64,000 nucleotides of DNA, taken from the NCBI GenBank assembly GCA_964586145.1, contig CAZPHH010000006.1, positions 15,337-79,336 of the forward strand, written 5' to 3'. The notes beneath the pieces are model-generated. The model had not been told where the DNA came from. It made no database searches and was given only the letters and a program-made list of their open reading frames with translations. A program made the position numbers and the translations under genes. The stretch comes from an uncultured Phycisphaeraceae bacterium (lineage in GTDB: Bacteria > Planctomycetota > Phycisphaerae > UBA1845). Shown in pieces: positions 25,090 to 34,442 of the stretch. Positions within the stretch are counted from its first letter, which is position 1; every line of letters starts with the position of its first letter.

Positions 25090-25803
25090 GTGGGCATCGT
25101 ACAGTGGGCATTGCTGATTGCGGTCGCACTGGCCGGCCTCACCGGGGCCGCCAGCGTGCATCATCAGCGCCGGTTTCGCCGGGACATGGCCCGGCTGGCC
25201 CGGCGCCTGAAGCTGCACTACACTCCGGAGGATCGGCTGGATCTGCTGGCCCGCTTCGACGAGCTCCCGCTGGTGCGGCAAGGGCACAACCGGCGAACCG
25301 GGCACGTGATCACCGGGGCCACGCCGTACGGGTCGGTTACGTGTTTCCGTCTGGCGTACGAGATCGGCTCCGGGGGCCTCCGCGAAGTCCGGCAATGGAT
25401 GCTGGCCGTTCTGGAAACGGAGTGTGACCTGCCTTTTCTCGTGCTCACGCCCGCGGACGACCGGGACGGGGCGACGGACGTGTGGTCGGACCTCGTCTCA
25501 GAAGACGCAACGGAGTGGACGCAGCAGGGCCCGACGCGGGTCTGGAGGCACGTCCTTGATGACACGGCTACTGCGGCATGGCCGTCCGGATGCGCGCCGG
25601 TTGAGCGCACGCTCGCCGTTCTGGCCGACAAGCCGACCGCGTTCGGCTTGGTCTTGCAGGGCTCTCGGATCGCAGCCTGCTCGCCAACGCCGGGGGCGGC
25701 CGGCATCGCGGAGGCGGCCATGGATGTCGTGATCGAGTATGCCCGACGCGTGCGCGATCACCTTGATTCCGTCGGTTCCGACGCGGATGCAGCAACGGAG
25801 TAA
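25090..25803 (+). CDS. Hypothetical membrane-anchored protein
   Basis: The gene has a GTG start. The N-terminal TM helix is [22 protein letters not shown] recognise no family. Confidence 0.4.
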   Translation: MGIVQWALLIAVALAGLTGAASVHHQRRFRRDMARLARRLKLHYTPEDRLDLLARFDELPLVRQGHNRRTGHVITGATPYGSVTCFRLAYEIGSGGLREVRQWMLAVLETECDLPFLVLTPADDRDGATDVWSDLVSEDATEWTQQGPTRVWRHVLDDTATAAWPSGCAPVERTLAVLADKPTAFGLVLQGSRIAACSPTPGAAGIAEAAMDVVIEYARRVRDHLDSVGSDADAATE

Positions 25804-27056
25804 TGGAGCAGCACGTGGTATTGAGCCATAACAGCGCAGCGGTTGAATCGGGACCGGCGGATGCGGGCGTGCCGGACGCCCGGGGGCGGTTCGGGGCGTT
25901 TGGCGGGCAATACGTGCCGGAAACGCTCATGGCGGCCGTGCATCGCCTGGAGGAGGCCTATGCGGAAGCCCGGCAGGACCGCGCGTTCTGGCGTGAACTG
26001 GACCACTACCTGCAAACGTACGCCGGACGTCCGAGCCCGCTGTACTTCGCCGCCCGCCTCACGGAACGGCTGGGCGGCGCGAAGATTTACCTGAAGCGCG
26101 AAGACCTCAACCACACCGGCGCCCACAAGATCAACAACACGCTGGGCCAGGCCCTCCTCACGCGCCGCATGGGAAAGAAGCGAATCATCGCGGAAACCGG
26201 GGCCGGCCAGCACGGCGTGGCCACCGCCACCGCCGCCGCGTGCTTCGGCCTGGAGTGCGTGGTGTACATGGGTGCGGAAGACGTGCGACGGCAGAAACTC
26301 AACGTCTTCCGCATGGAGCTGCTGGGCACGCACGTGGTCCCGGTGGAGACCGGCCAGAAAACGCTCAAGGACGCCATCAACGAGGCCATGCGCGACTGGA
26401 TGGCCACCTCCGACAACACGCATTACGTCATCGGAAGCGTCATGGGGCCACACCCGTTCCCGATGATCGTGCGGGATTTCCAGTCCGTCATCGGCCGGGA
26501 AACCCGGGCGCAGGTGATGGCCGCGGAAGGACGACTGCCGGACTACCTCGTGGCCTGCGTGGGCGGCGGCAGCAACGCGGCCGGGATGTTCGCCCCGTTT
26601 GCGAAGGACGAATCGGTTCGGATGGTCGGGGTGGAGGCGGGGGGTGAAGGCGTGGGGACCGGGTTGCACGCGGCCACCCTGGCAGCGGGTCAGCCGGGCG
26701 TACTGCACGGCATGTTCACGTACGTGCTACAGGACGAGGACGGCCAGACCCTGCCCGTGCACTCGTGCTCGGCCGGGCTGGACTATCCCGGAGTCGGGCC
26801 GGAGCATTCGTACTGGAAAGACAGCGGCCGAGCCGAGTACGTCGCCGCCGACGACGGCGAGGCCCTGCGGGCCTTCACCCTGCTCAGCGAAACGGAAGGC
26901 ATCATTCCGGCCCTGGAGCCGGCCCACGCCATCGCCCACGTGGTGAAGCTGGCCCCGACGCTGCCCAGGGACCGGATCATCGTCATCAACCTCTCCGGGC
27001 GGGGAGACAAGGATGTTGTGGAGGCGGCTCGCCTGCTGGGCCGGCAGATCGGATAG
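25803..27056 (+). CDS. trpB: Tryptophan synthase beta chain
   Basis: Diagnostic motifs are [32 protein letters not shown] (PLP lysine), [12 protein letters not shown] and GGGSNAAG. No trpA gene is adjacent. Confidence 0.92.
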   Translation: MEQHVVLSHNSAAVESGPADAGVPDARGRFGAFGGQYVPETLMAAVHRLEEAYAEARQDRAFWRELDHYLQTYAGRPSPLYFAARLTERLGGAKIYLKREDLNHTGAHKINNTLGQALLTRRMGKKRIIAETGAGQHGVATATAAACFGLECVVYMGAEDVRRQKLNVFRMELLGTHVVPVETGQKTLKDAINEAMRDWMATSDNTHYVIGSVMGPHPFPMIVRDFQSVIGRETRAQVMAAEGRLPDYLVACVGGGSNAAGMFAPFAKDESVRMVGVEAGGEGVGTGLHAATLAAGQPGVLHGMFTYVLQDEDGQTLPVHSCSAGLDYPGVGPEHSYWKDSGRAEYVAADDGEALRAFTLLSETEGIIPALEPAHAIAHVVKLAPTLPRDRIIVINLSGRGDKDVVEAARLLGRQIG

Positions 27057-27157
27057 CGAGAGGACGGACCGCGCCCGCTTGTGCGGAAAGGCCCCGTTAC
27101 GAAGCGTGTGTGCCGGTTTCCATCTGTGATCGGGGACGTTGAGAAACGCACCGTTGC

Positions 27158-28018
27158 GTGGTAGAGTCTTTCGCCATGCGAGTGACTTCTCTGCGAGCAA
27201 TCCTGTGGGTCTGTGCGCCGTGCCCGGCGTTACTGTTGCTCCTGCTCGCCCCCGGCTGCAGCGGGCACCGAAAGCCTCAGAAGCACCCCAGCCTCATCAC
27301 CGAGTCGGACGCAGCGGCCTTCCTCCAGCAGGCGATGGAAGCGCCGAACGCGGACGACCGGCGGGAGGCGATCGTCCAGCTTCGTCGCACGAAATACATC
27401 TCGCAGGACACGGTGGTCCGCGGCCTGTGCGGCGTGGCCGAGACGGACACCAGCAACGTCGTGCGGCGGACGGCCATCGGCGGGCTGGCCCAGTCGGGCC
27501 GGGCCGAGGCCCTGCCGACGCTCGTGGCGATCCTGACCCAGGAAGAGGAACACGACCCGCGCGCGCGGCCCGCCACCGGCACGGTGCGAAGCGAGGCCGC
27601 CGGCGCGCTGTTGTACCTGATCCACGACGGCGTGAACGTCTCCCGGCACGCAACCGCCATCCGCCCCGCGGCAATACAGGCCCTGGCGTCCGATCCGTCG
27701 CGTGAGACGCGGATGCGGGCCGCTGAGTTGCTGGGACACCTGCCGGACCGGGAAACGCTGGACACCCTCGTGTCGGGCCTGGAACAAAGCGACTTCGGCG
27801 TCGTACTGGAATGCGAGCGGTCACTCATGCGAATGACCGGCCACTCGCACAACCACGATCCGCTCGCGTGGCGCGCCTGGCTGGCCGAGGCGTCCGATCC
27901 CTTCGCCGACGCCGGTCGGCTGGACGCGCAACTGGAACGGAGGGAGCCGAACTGGTTAGAGCGAACCTGGGATTCCACGCGCCGTTCGCTCGCGTCGTAC
28001 CGACCCAAGGGACAGTAA
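27158..28018 (+). CDS. HEAT-repeat lipoprotein
   Basis: A signal peptide and lipobox are present (LLLLLAPGCSG). Repeated HEAT-like helices include RREAIVQLRR, VRRTAIGGLAQSGRAEALPTLVAIL, VRSEAAGALLYL and RMRAAELLGHLPDRETLDTLVSGL. An alternative start is at 27176. Confidence 0.6.
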   Translation: MVESFAMRVTSLRAILWVCAPCPALLLLLLAPGCSGHRKPQKHPSLITESDAAAFLQQAMEAPNADDRREAIVQLRRTKYISQDTVVRGLCGVAETDTSNVVRRTAIGGLAQSGRAEALPTLVAILTQEEEHDPRARPATGTVRSEAAGALLYLIHDGVNVSRHATAIRPAAIQALASDPSRETRMRAAELLGHLPDRETLDTLVSGLEQSDFGVVLECERSLMRMTGHSHNHDPLAWRAWLAEASDPFADAGRLDAQLERREPNWLERTWDSTRRSLASYRPKGQ

Positions 28019-28030
28019 TCGAGCCCCGCT

Positions 28031-28990
28031 GTGCGAGCCATCACCTTTGACACGAAACCACGTTTCGTCGGCGACCACCCGGACCCCCGACCGGCGTCCG
28101 GCGAGTGCCTGCTGAAGGTCCACGCCGCGGGTATCTGCTCGACGGACCTGGAAATTCTCCGCGGGTACATGGGCTTCGCGGGCGTGCTGGGGCACGAGTT
28201 CGTGGGCACGGTCGTGGAAGGTCCGGCCCGATGGAAGGGCTCTCGAGCGGCCTGCGAGATCAACTGCGTCTGCGGCCGGTGCGACATGTGCCGGACCGGA
28301 CTGCCCACCCACTGCCGCAACCGAACGACCATCGGCATCGCCGGGCGCGACGGCTGCTTTGCCGACCTCATCGCCGTGCCCGAGCGGAACCTGCATCTCC
28401 TGTCCGACGCCGTCTCGGATGAAGAAGCCGTCTTCGTGGAACCCCTGGCCGCCGCCTACCAGATCATCAAGCAGTGCCCGGTGGATGCGCGGATGACCGT
28501 GGCGGTCGTCGGGAGCGGGCGACTGGGGTTGCTGGCGGCCCAGGTGCTGGCCGGCACCGGCTGCCGGCTTCAGGTGGTCGGCCGCAACCCGCACACGCTG
28601 GAGTTCTGCGAAAAGCGGCAGATCCAGTCGGTGTCCGTGCAAGATCTGGTCCCCCGCAACGATCACGACCTCGTGGTCGAATGCACCGGCGCCCCGGAGG
28701 GCATGAAGATTGCGCTGGCCCTGATCCGCCCGCGCGGCACCATCGTGCTCAAGAGCACCTATGCCGACACCGGGTCGCTGAACCTGGCCCCGGCCGTCGT
28801 CAACGAGGTGAGCATCGTGGGCAGCCGTTGCGGCCCGTTCCCGGAAGCGATCAACGCCCTGGCCCGCAAGGAAATCGAGGTCGGCCTGATGGTCGCCCGG
28901 TCGTACAGGATCGAAAAAGGACTGGAGGCCCTGGAGGCCGCTGCCGATCCCAGGAATATCAAGGTGCTGCTGCGCATCAATCCACGATGA
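28031..28990 (+). CDS. Zinc-dependent medium-chain dehydrogenase/reductase (alcohol/threonine dehydrogenase-like)
   Basis: The gene has a GTG start. Diagnostic motifs are CLLKVHAAGICSTDLEILRGY, GHEFVGTV, the structural-zinc Cys cluster CEINCVCGRCDMCRTGLPTHC and the Rossmann motif VAVVGSGRLG. Confidence 0.8.
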   Translation: MRAITFDTKPRFVGDHPDPRPASGECLLKVHAAGICSTDLEILRGYMGFAGVLGHEFVGTVVEGPARWKGSRAACEINCVCGRCDMCRTGLPTHCRNRTTIGIAGRDGCFADLIAVPERNLHLLSDAVSDEEAVFVEPLAAAYQIIKQCPVDARMTVAVVGSGRLGLLAAQVLAGTGCRLQVVGRNPHTLEFCEKRQIQSVSVQDLVPRNDHDLVVECTGAPEGMKIALALIRPRGTIVLKSTYADTGSLNLAPAVVNEVSIVGSRCGPFPEAINALARKEIEVGLMVARSYRIEKGLEALEAAADPRNIKVLLRINPR

Positions 28991-29045
28991 GCAAGCAGGC
29001 TGTCGGCTGTAGGCGCGGGCATGTGAACGGAGTCGCATACGAATC

Positions 29046-29837
29046 ATGGATGATACACGCGGGTGGCGAATCGAGGAGGTTGGGGGGAGCTCGCTCGCAA
29101 GATCGGCGATGCTGGCCCAGGCGCCGGCGCTGATTCACGGATTCACCCTGGCCGGCTTCAATATGTCCTTGAAATCCGGTCCCGACCCGGCGGGCACGCC
29201 CAGACGGCGTCAGCAACTCTGCCAGGCCCTCGGTCTGGACTTCGCGAAACTCACCGGGGCGGTCCAGGTGCATGGGGCCGAGATCATCCCCGTTGATGAA
29301 ACACTGGCCGGCGCCGGGCGAGACGGCACCGTCCCGCCCGTTCCGCACGTGGATGGATTCGTCACCGACACCCGGGAGATCACCCTGATGGGCATGTCCG
29401 CCGACTGCCCGATTCTCCTGGCGTACGATCCCGCCCGGCCAGCCATCGGCGTCGTGCATGCGGGCTGGCGGGGGACCATCGCGTGCATCGCCCTGCGGCT
29501 GGTGGGGGTCATGGAGCGATGCTTCGGCTCCAAGGCCGCGGATCTGCGCGTGGCCATCGCGCCGTGCGCGGGCCGGGAGGAGTTTGAGGTGAAGGAAGAC
29601 GTGGTCCGCCTGGCCGCCGCACGCTGGGACGGGTACCAGAGGTTCTTCCCGCAGCGAGACGGACGAACGTTCTTTGACCTGCGGAGCACGAACGTCGGGC
29701 AGCTCACCGCCGCCGGCGTCCGTCCGGAACACATCGACGTGGCCGAGATGTGCACGATCTGCGACGAGCGTTTCCACTCCTTCCGCCGCGACGGCGCCGC
29801 CACCGGCCACGCCGCCCTCCTCGCCGCCCTGGTGTAA
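29046..29837 (+). CDS. pgeF: YfiH/PgeF (DUF152) family purine nucleoside phosphorylase / peptidoglycan editing factor
   Basis: Diagnostic motifs are QVHGAEI, DGFVTD, MSADCPILLAYDP, GVVHAGWRGT and CTICDERFHSFRRDG. Confidence 0.8.
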   Translation: MDDTRGWRIEEVGGSSLARSAMLAQAPALIHGFTLAGFNMSLKSGPDPAGTPRRRQQLCQALGLDFAKLTGAVQVHGAEIIPVDETLAGAGRDGTVPPVPHVDGFVTDTREITLMGMSADCPILLAYDPARPAIGVVHAGWRGTIACIALRLVGVMERCFGSKAADLRVAIAPCAGREEFEVKEDVVRLAAARWDGYQRFFPQRDGRTFFDLRSTNVGQLTAAGVRPEHIDVAEMCTICDERFHSFRRDGAATGHAALLAALV

Positions 29838-30015
29838 GCGAAGCCCCTGGAAGGGTCCCTGCCGTCCGGCCTTCTTCAGATGGCGGTAACCCACCAGTCG
29901 GTGGTGTTCCAGCAGGGCGGGTCTGCACGACAGCCGCTGGCGCGGAGAATCACCCCGCACGCCCGCGCCGACGCGAAAGACCGCCGTGCCTCCCCGGCAA
30001 TCCGCGGAGGTTGAG

Positions 30016-32007
30016 TCACCGCATCCAGATCGTGCCGCGGGAGTCGGTGCCGCCGTCGCTGCGCACGTTGGCCCGCAGAATGTACCGGGCGTTCGGGTCG
30101 TGGTCCTCCACGGTCAGGGTGTACTCGATGTCTCTGGATCTCCGACCGGCCGATCCGGGATGCGCGTCTCGGCTGATCTCCTTGTCGTTCTCGAACAGGG
30201 CCGCCCATTCGATGTCCAGCCGGCAATCGCCGCTTTCGTACAGGAACTCGAAGGCGTACGTGCGTGCCTCACGGATGACCGGCGTGACGTCCCACTCCAG
30301 GATCGTGAACTGCTCGGACACCTGCTCGGGCTTCCAGGTGCCGACAGGCATCACCGTGTCCAGCGGGCGGTAGTTCACACCGCGGGCGGTAAGCCGGGCG
30401 GCATGGGCCTGCAGGCGTGACTGGAAGTCCATCCAATCCCGCCCTTCGGCCGGGCTCCAGCCGATTTCCGCGATGGCACAGGCGCGAGGATACGCTTGGT
30501 ATTGCAGGCGCGGATAGTTCGCGATGTGCTCCGCCCAGAGGTTGGCCTGTACGCCGAGAATGTGCTTCGTGAACTGCGGCTCCAGCCCGGCCGGAATCGG
30601 CTCGAAGGTGTACACCTTGTGCAGCGGCAGATACGGGCCGACGAACCGGAACTCGCCGTGGAGCGCCTGATGGTAGTCGAAGTAGCAGTGCGTGGTCGGC
30701 GACATCACCACGTCGTGGCCGGCGCGGGCGGATTCCAGGCCGCCGCCGATCCAGTCCATCAGCATCGCGTTCGGCGCGATGCCGCCCTGCCGGATCTCGC
30801 TCCAGCCCATCAGCCGCTTGCCCTTGGCGTTGAGATGCTTCTCGATGCGGCGAACGAAGTAGCTTTGCAGTTCGTCCTCGTTCTTGAGGTCCTCGGCCTT
30901 CATCCGGGCCTGGCAGTGCGGGCAGACTCGCCAGGCATCCTTGTTGCACTCGTCGCCGCCGATATGCACGACGTCGCCGGGGAACAGCGGAATCACTTCG
31001 TCCAGAATGTCCTGGAGGATCTCGAACGTGCTCTCCTTGCCGGGACAGTACGACCCCTTGTGTTGCACCATTTCCTGTCCATCGGCCGTGCTCGGCGGGT
31101 CGTCACAGGCCAGTTCCGGGTACGCCCGCAAGGATGCCACGCAGTGCCCGGGCATCTCGATCTCCGGCACCACCGTGATGAACCGGTCGGCCGCGTATTG
31201 CACGATCTCCTTCACGTCTGCCTGGGTGAAGAACCCGCCGTACCGCCCCTTCTCGTCGTACGCGGTGCTGCTCTTGGGGTCCAGGTCCCAGCCGATGCCG
31301 TCGCGCCACGCGCCGATCTCCGTGAGCTTCGGATACTTCCGAATCTCTATCCGCCAGCCCTGGTCGTCGTTGATGTGCCAGTGGAGCGTGCTCATCTTGT
31401 GCAGCGCCATCACGTCGATGAAGTCGAGCAGCTCCTGCTTCGTGAAAAAGTGCCGGCTGGTGTCCACCATCAGACCGCGCCATCCGAATCGCGGCTTGTC
31501 CTCAATCCGCACGCACGGAACGGCCCAGGGCGGCGCCGCGCCGTCAACCTTCGCTTGAGCCAGCACGGCCGGCGGCAGCAACTGGAGCACCGTCTGCACG
31601 CCTCGGAACAGCCCTTTCGCCCCCGTCGCCCGCAGCACGACGCCGGCCGGCGTGACCTCCAGCACGTACCCCTCGTCCCCCAATTCCGGCCGGGCCGCCT
31701 GGGTGGTCAGCAGAACACCGGCCGGCACAGGGTCGTCCGAGCCCACCTCGATGACTTTCCACTCCAACCCCGTGCTCCGGCCAAGCGTATCCGCCAGATA
31801 CCGGCCCACCCGCAGCCCGTCGGCCAGGCCCTTTTCGACCGCGATGGGCATCTCCTGGGTCATGGTGAACGACCCCGGCCGGGCCTCCAGGTGAACCGGC
31901 CGCGGGAGGATGTACACCCCCGGCGTTTGGAGCGATTCGCCCCGGGCGGTCAGCCCGCACGCCGCGCCAATCAGAATCGTCAACACGAATGCACTTGCGG
32001 TCCTCAT
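30016..32007 (-). CDS. GH20 beta-N-acetylhexosaminidase with C-terminal beta-sandwich domain
   Basis: MRTASAFVLTILIGAACGL forms a signal peptide. Diagnostic motifs are RGLMVDTSRHFF, LHWHINDDQGWRIEIRKYPKLTEIGAWR and VHIGGDE. The track start at 32067 is probably too long. Confidence 0.85.
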   Translation of the reverse strand: MRTASAFVLTILIGAACGLTARGESLQTPGVYILPRPVHLEARPGSFTMTQEMPIAVEKGLADGLRVGRYLADTLGRSTGLEWKVIEVGSDDPVPAGVLLTTQAARPELGDEGYVLEVTPAGVVLRATGAKGLFRGVQTVLQLLPPAVLAQAKVDGAAPPWAVPCVRIEDKPRFGWRGLMVDTSRHFFTKQELLDFIDVMALHKMSTLHWHINDDQGWRIEIRKYPKLTEIGAWRDGIGWDLDPKSSTAYDEKGRYGGFFTQADVKEIVQYAADRFITVVPEIEMPGHCVASLRAYPELACDDPPSTADGQEMVQHKGSYCPGKESTFEILQDILDEVIPLFPGDVVHIGGDECNKDAWRVCPHCQARMKAEDLKNEDELQSYFVRRIEKHLNAKGKRLMGWSEIRQGGIAPNAMLMDWIGGGLESARAGHDVVMSPTTHCYFDYHQALHGEFRFVGPYLPLHKVYTFEPIPAGLEPQFTKHILGVQANLWAEHIANYPRLQYQAYPRACAIAEIGWSPAEGRDWMDFQSRLQAHAARLTARGVNYRPLDTVMPVGTWKPEQVSEQFTILEWDVTPVIREARTYAFEFLYESGDCRLDIEWAALFENDKEISRDAHPGSAGRRSRDIEYTLTVEDHDPNARYILRANVRSDGGTDSRGTIWMR

Positions 32008-32573
32008 GGGTCTGCACCTCCTGTTAGACTGTCGCAACGTGCGGAGCATAACGGCTTCCGCCCACAACCGCCAACCTGTGTCACGGCTCCGCCTGTGGCG
32101 GATTGAGCCGGTCGGGGAGCCCCGTCCGCTCCTCCGGCACGTCGCCCTCCGCCCCCATCCGGGGGCGAGATAGGGGTGGGGAGCGCGCCTTCATCCACGG
32201 GTTTCGCCCTGATTGTCATCGGGACTCCACCCGCGGCTACCCGCCCCGACCCCGCCGGGGTCGGATTCAATTCGCATCGCGATGAATTCGCACGCTCACC
32301 GAACGGAGCATCCGACGAGATTCCTGACCCGAATGGTTTCGAGGGCAGGCCGTCCTGTGCCTTGACCCAGATGGGTGACTGGCGCCTGCCCGCGGAGGCA
32401 CGAGAGCCAACGTCGTGAAGACCGGTGCGCGTACCGCGCGGTGCCGGCGGAGGTCGGTGCAATCCGGCGTTCGTCCGAAGAAGGAAGAATCGCCTACGGG
32501 AGTTTCTTCGACTTGACGAGCGGGGAGCGAATGGGTGACACCTCTTCCTTCTGACCTGCCTTCTTTGACAAGT

Positions 32574-33112
32574 CTATTTGTCGAGGTTGTTGAGGTATTG
32601 CTCGATTCCCTCCGCCATGCCGGCGTCTGGCGTGACGATCAGCACGCGGTTGAGCGATTCCGGTGCGCCGGCGGACAGTTCCCGCACAATCACGGCCAGT
32701 GCGGCGTCGAAGTTGAACTTTCCGCCGCCCGTGGCCAGCACCGGCAGTGCCAGAGAAGTCGCCGGCGGCGACATCTCGCGAACCCTCTCCAGCGCGCTCC
32801 GGATGCACGCCGCGATGATCTCCTCGGAGGAGTCGTGGAACGCGTCGATCGCCACGCAGTGAATCACGGCCCGGAACGGCAGCGCGCCTGCTCCCGTGCG
32901 CACGGCCGATCCGGCCGGCAGGTATCGCGGGCCGGCCTCTCCGCGAATCGCCCGGATGGCGGCGTGCGCCTCCGCCTGCACCGTCGCCCCCCCCCGCGGG
33001 CATTCACTGCACCGCCCGTCCGGATGGTCAGATTAAGATGCGGGTTGGTTGACGTGCAGATGATCTCAGCCGGTGCGTCGCAGATGTCTCCCTGGAAAAC
33101 GTCGATCTCCAT
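32574..33112 (-). pseudogene. Macro-domain (ADP-ribose-binding/hydrolase) gene interrupted by a frameshift in a G9 run
   Basis: The N-terminal part in one frame reads MEIDVFQGDICDAPAEIICTSTNPHLNLTIRTGGAVNARGGG (from 33112). The remainder in another frame reads (A)TVQAEAHAAIRAIRGEAGPRYLPAGSAVRTGAGALPFRAVIHCVAID...LALPVLATGGGKF.... The frames switch exactly at the C9/G9 homopolymer at 32987-32995. A run of G10 or G7 would restore one ORF. Confidence 0.75.
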
Positions 33113-33931
33113 GGCACTCCATCGTACACGCGGACCGGATGACGACGCAAGGCGCCGATCAGCCTGGAACACTCGCGAAAGATCGAGATGTGAGCAAATC
33201 AGATAGGATTGGTCCGCGGCGCGGACCGTACAGAGAAGAGCGTGCCGCTCTCCGCGCCTTCACCTTCGCCGCCAACAAAAGGATGATTTTTGTGGGCACG
33301 CCGGGCGTTTGACCCCACATATTGCGGACAGTCGCCCGTTTCGATCGATGGTGCCATCATCCTGTCATCAGCGTCCCCGGCTGCGCCTCGCCGACCATCC
33401 TTCCCATACGACTCGCCCCGCTCTTCCGCCCAGCCGTCCGCAGGGCGCGTCCCGGCGCGCCGGCGCCGCCCATCCCCCTCCGCCCAGTCACAAACCGCTC
33501 CCGCGAAGTGTAGCACAAGCCCCCGCACGCCCAAACCCCGCCCCCGCCCCCAAGGACCGCATCCCCAGGCTTGCCGTTTCGCGGCACATCCGGACTCGAC
33601 GTACGCCCTCTCGCCGACGCCCTCCCCACCTCCTCGTCTGCGTCTCACGGAATCGTCGCTGGCCACCGCCGGCGTCATTACTCTTCGTGCCGGAGCCTGC
33701 CCCGGCGCGCCGGGGTGCCTGTCCCCCCTTCCGCCCCCAAGCGAGCGCCCGCCATGTTCTTGCACCAGAGATTGCCGCGCTCAGACAGCTCCCCCCAGCC
33801 CGCAGCAGAGCCTCCGCCCAAGGGAATTGAACCGTGAATCCGCCGCACGGAAGAGAAACCGATGAAGACATCGCTCCGCCTACCCCGGGAACCGAGCTGT
33901 CCGCTGAGAAGCTCGATCCGACCGCCACCGC

Positions 33932-34038
33932 TGTGGGACCGGCTCCCTTTGTGGTACCGGCTTTCCAGCCGGTCAGTCCTGTCTGGTGGGGGACCGGCTT
34001 TCTCGCCATGGCGAGTCGCCTGCGGAGACCAGCCGGTC
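33932..34038. repeat. Second cluster of the type B REP hairpin (plus a type A copy at 33211-33227)
   Basis: A truncated TGTGGGACCGGCT copy lies at 33932. An intact ACCGGCT-TTCC-AGCCGGT hairpin lies at 33956-33973. An interrupted copy runs GACCGGCT (33992-33999) ... AGCCGGTC (34031-34038) and encloses the 14-nt palindrome CTCGCCATGGCGAG (34002-34015). A type A hairpin GGTCCGC-GGC-GCGGACC lies at 33211-33227. Confidence 0.75.
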
Positions 34039-34082
34039 TCGTGGTGGAACACCCCCGCACAGCACCCGACCCCTGCCCCCCG

Positions 34083-34352
34083 TCATCCCCCCTGTCCTGC
34101 ACGGACCCTGTCGATGGCCTCCCGCAGCTCGGGCGGGAGGTACTGCTCATCAATGCCGTCCAACTCGGCTACCGCTTCCACGGCCCGCTGCAGGCGCGTG
34201 CCCACGTCCGCCGCGGAATCCACGAACAACACGGTTCGACCCTTGATGCGACACAGCCCACCGCCTTCACCCCCCAGCGGAGCCAACCGTACCAAAACCC
34301 CCAGCTTATCACAGACGCTCAGAATCTCTTCAAGTTGCGCAGTTTGGTCCAT
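34083..34352 (-). CDS. Small hypothetical protein (89 aa)
   Basis: The internal ATG at 34352 gives MDQTAQLEEILSVCDKLGVLVRLAPLGGEGGGLCRIKGRTVLFVDSAADVGTRLQRAVEAVAELDGIDEQYLPPELREAIDRV. The composition is protein-like, unlike the upstream part of the track ORF. The gene is divergent from the histidine kinase. Confidence 0.45.
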   Translation of the reverse strand: MDQTAQLEEILSVCDKLGVLVRLAPLGGEGGGLCRIKGRTVLFVDSAADVGTRLQRAVEAVAELDGIDEQYLPPELREAIDRVRAGQGG

Positions 34353-34442
34353 TCGTTCGGGTGCCTCTTCAAGTCCGACTGGCCAGGGTGCCGATATCAA
34401 GGGCGACCACCGTATGGTACCTGCCCAATTCCGGAGGTCCAC

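Noticed and set aside
25803-27056. trpB without an adjacent trpA as an anomaly
   Set aside because: Dispersed trp genes are common in many phyla. The TrpB sequence looks canonical and complete, so this is not noteworthy by itself.
32068-32573. Housekeeping ncRNA (RNase P RNA, SRP RNA, tmRNA, cobalamin riboswitch) in the spacer
   Set aside because: I could not find the hallmark conserved strings on either strand. Examples are GAGGAAAGUCC for RNase P, the GGAAGCAGCC-type SRP motif and a tRNA-like CCACCA end for tmRNA. I leave it as unexplained rather than calling an RNA gene.
33199-34153. ORFs of 170-220 aa in the C-skewed region (for example 33290-33865 +, 33488-34153 -, 33199-33765 -)
   Set aside because: All translate to Pro/Arg/Ser/Gly/Ala low-complexity sequence and overlap one another in several frames. 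They run through REP hairpins. None has a plausible start context or a recognisable motif.
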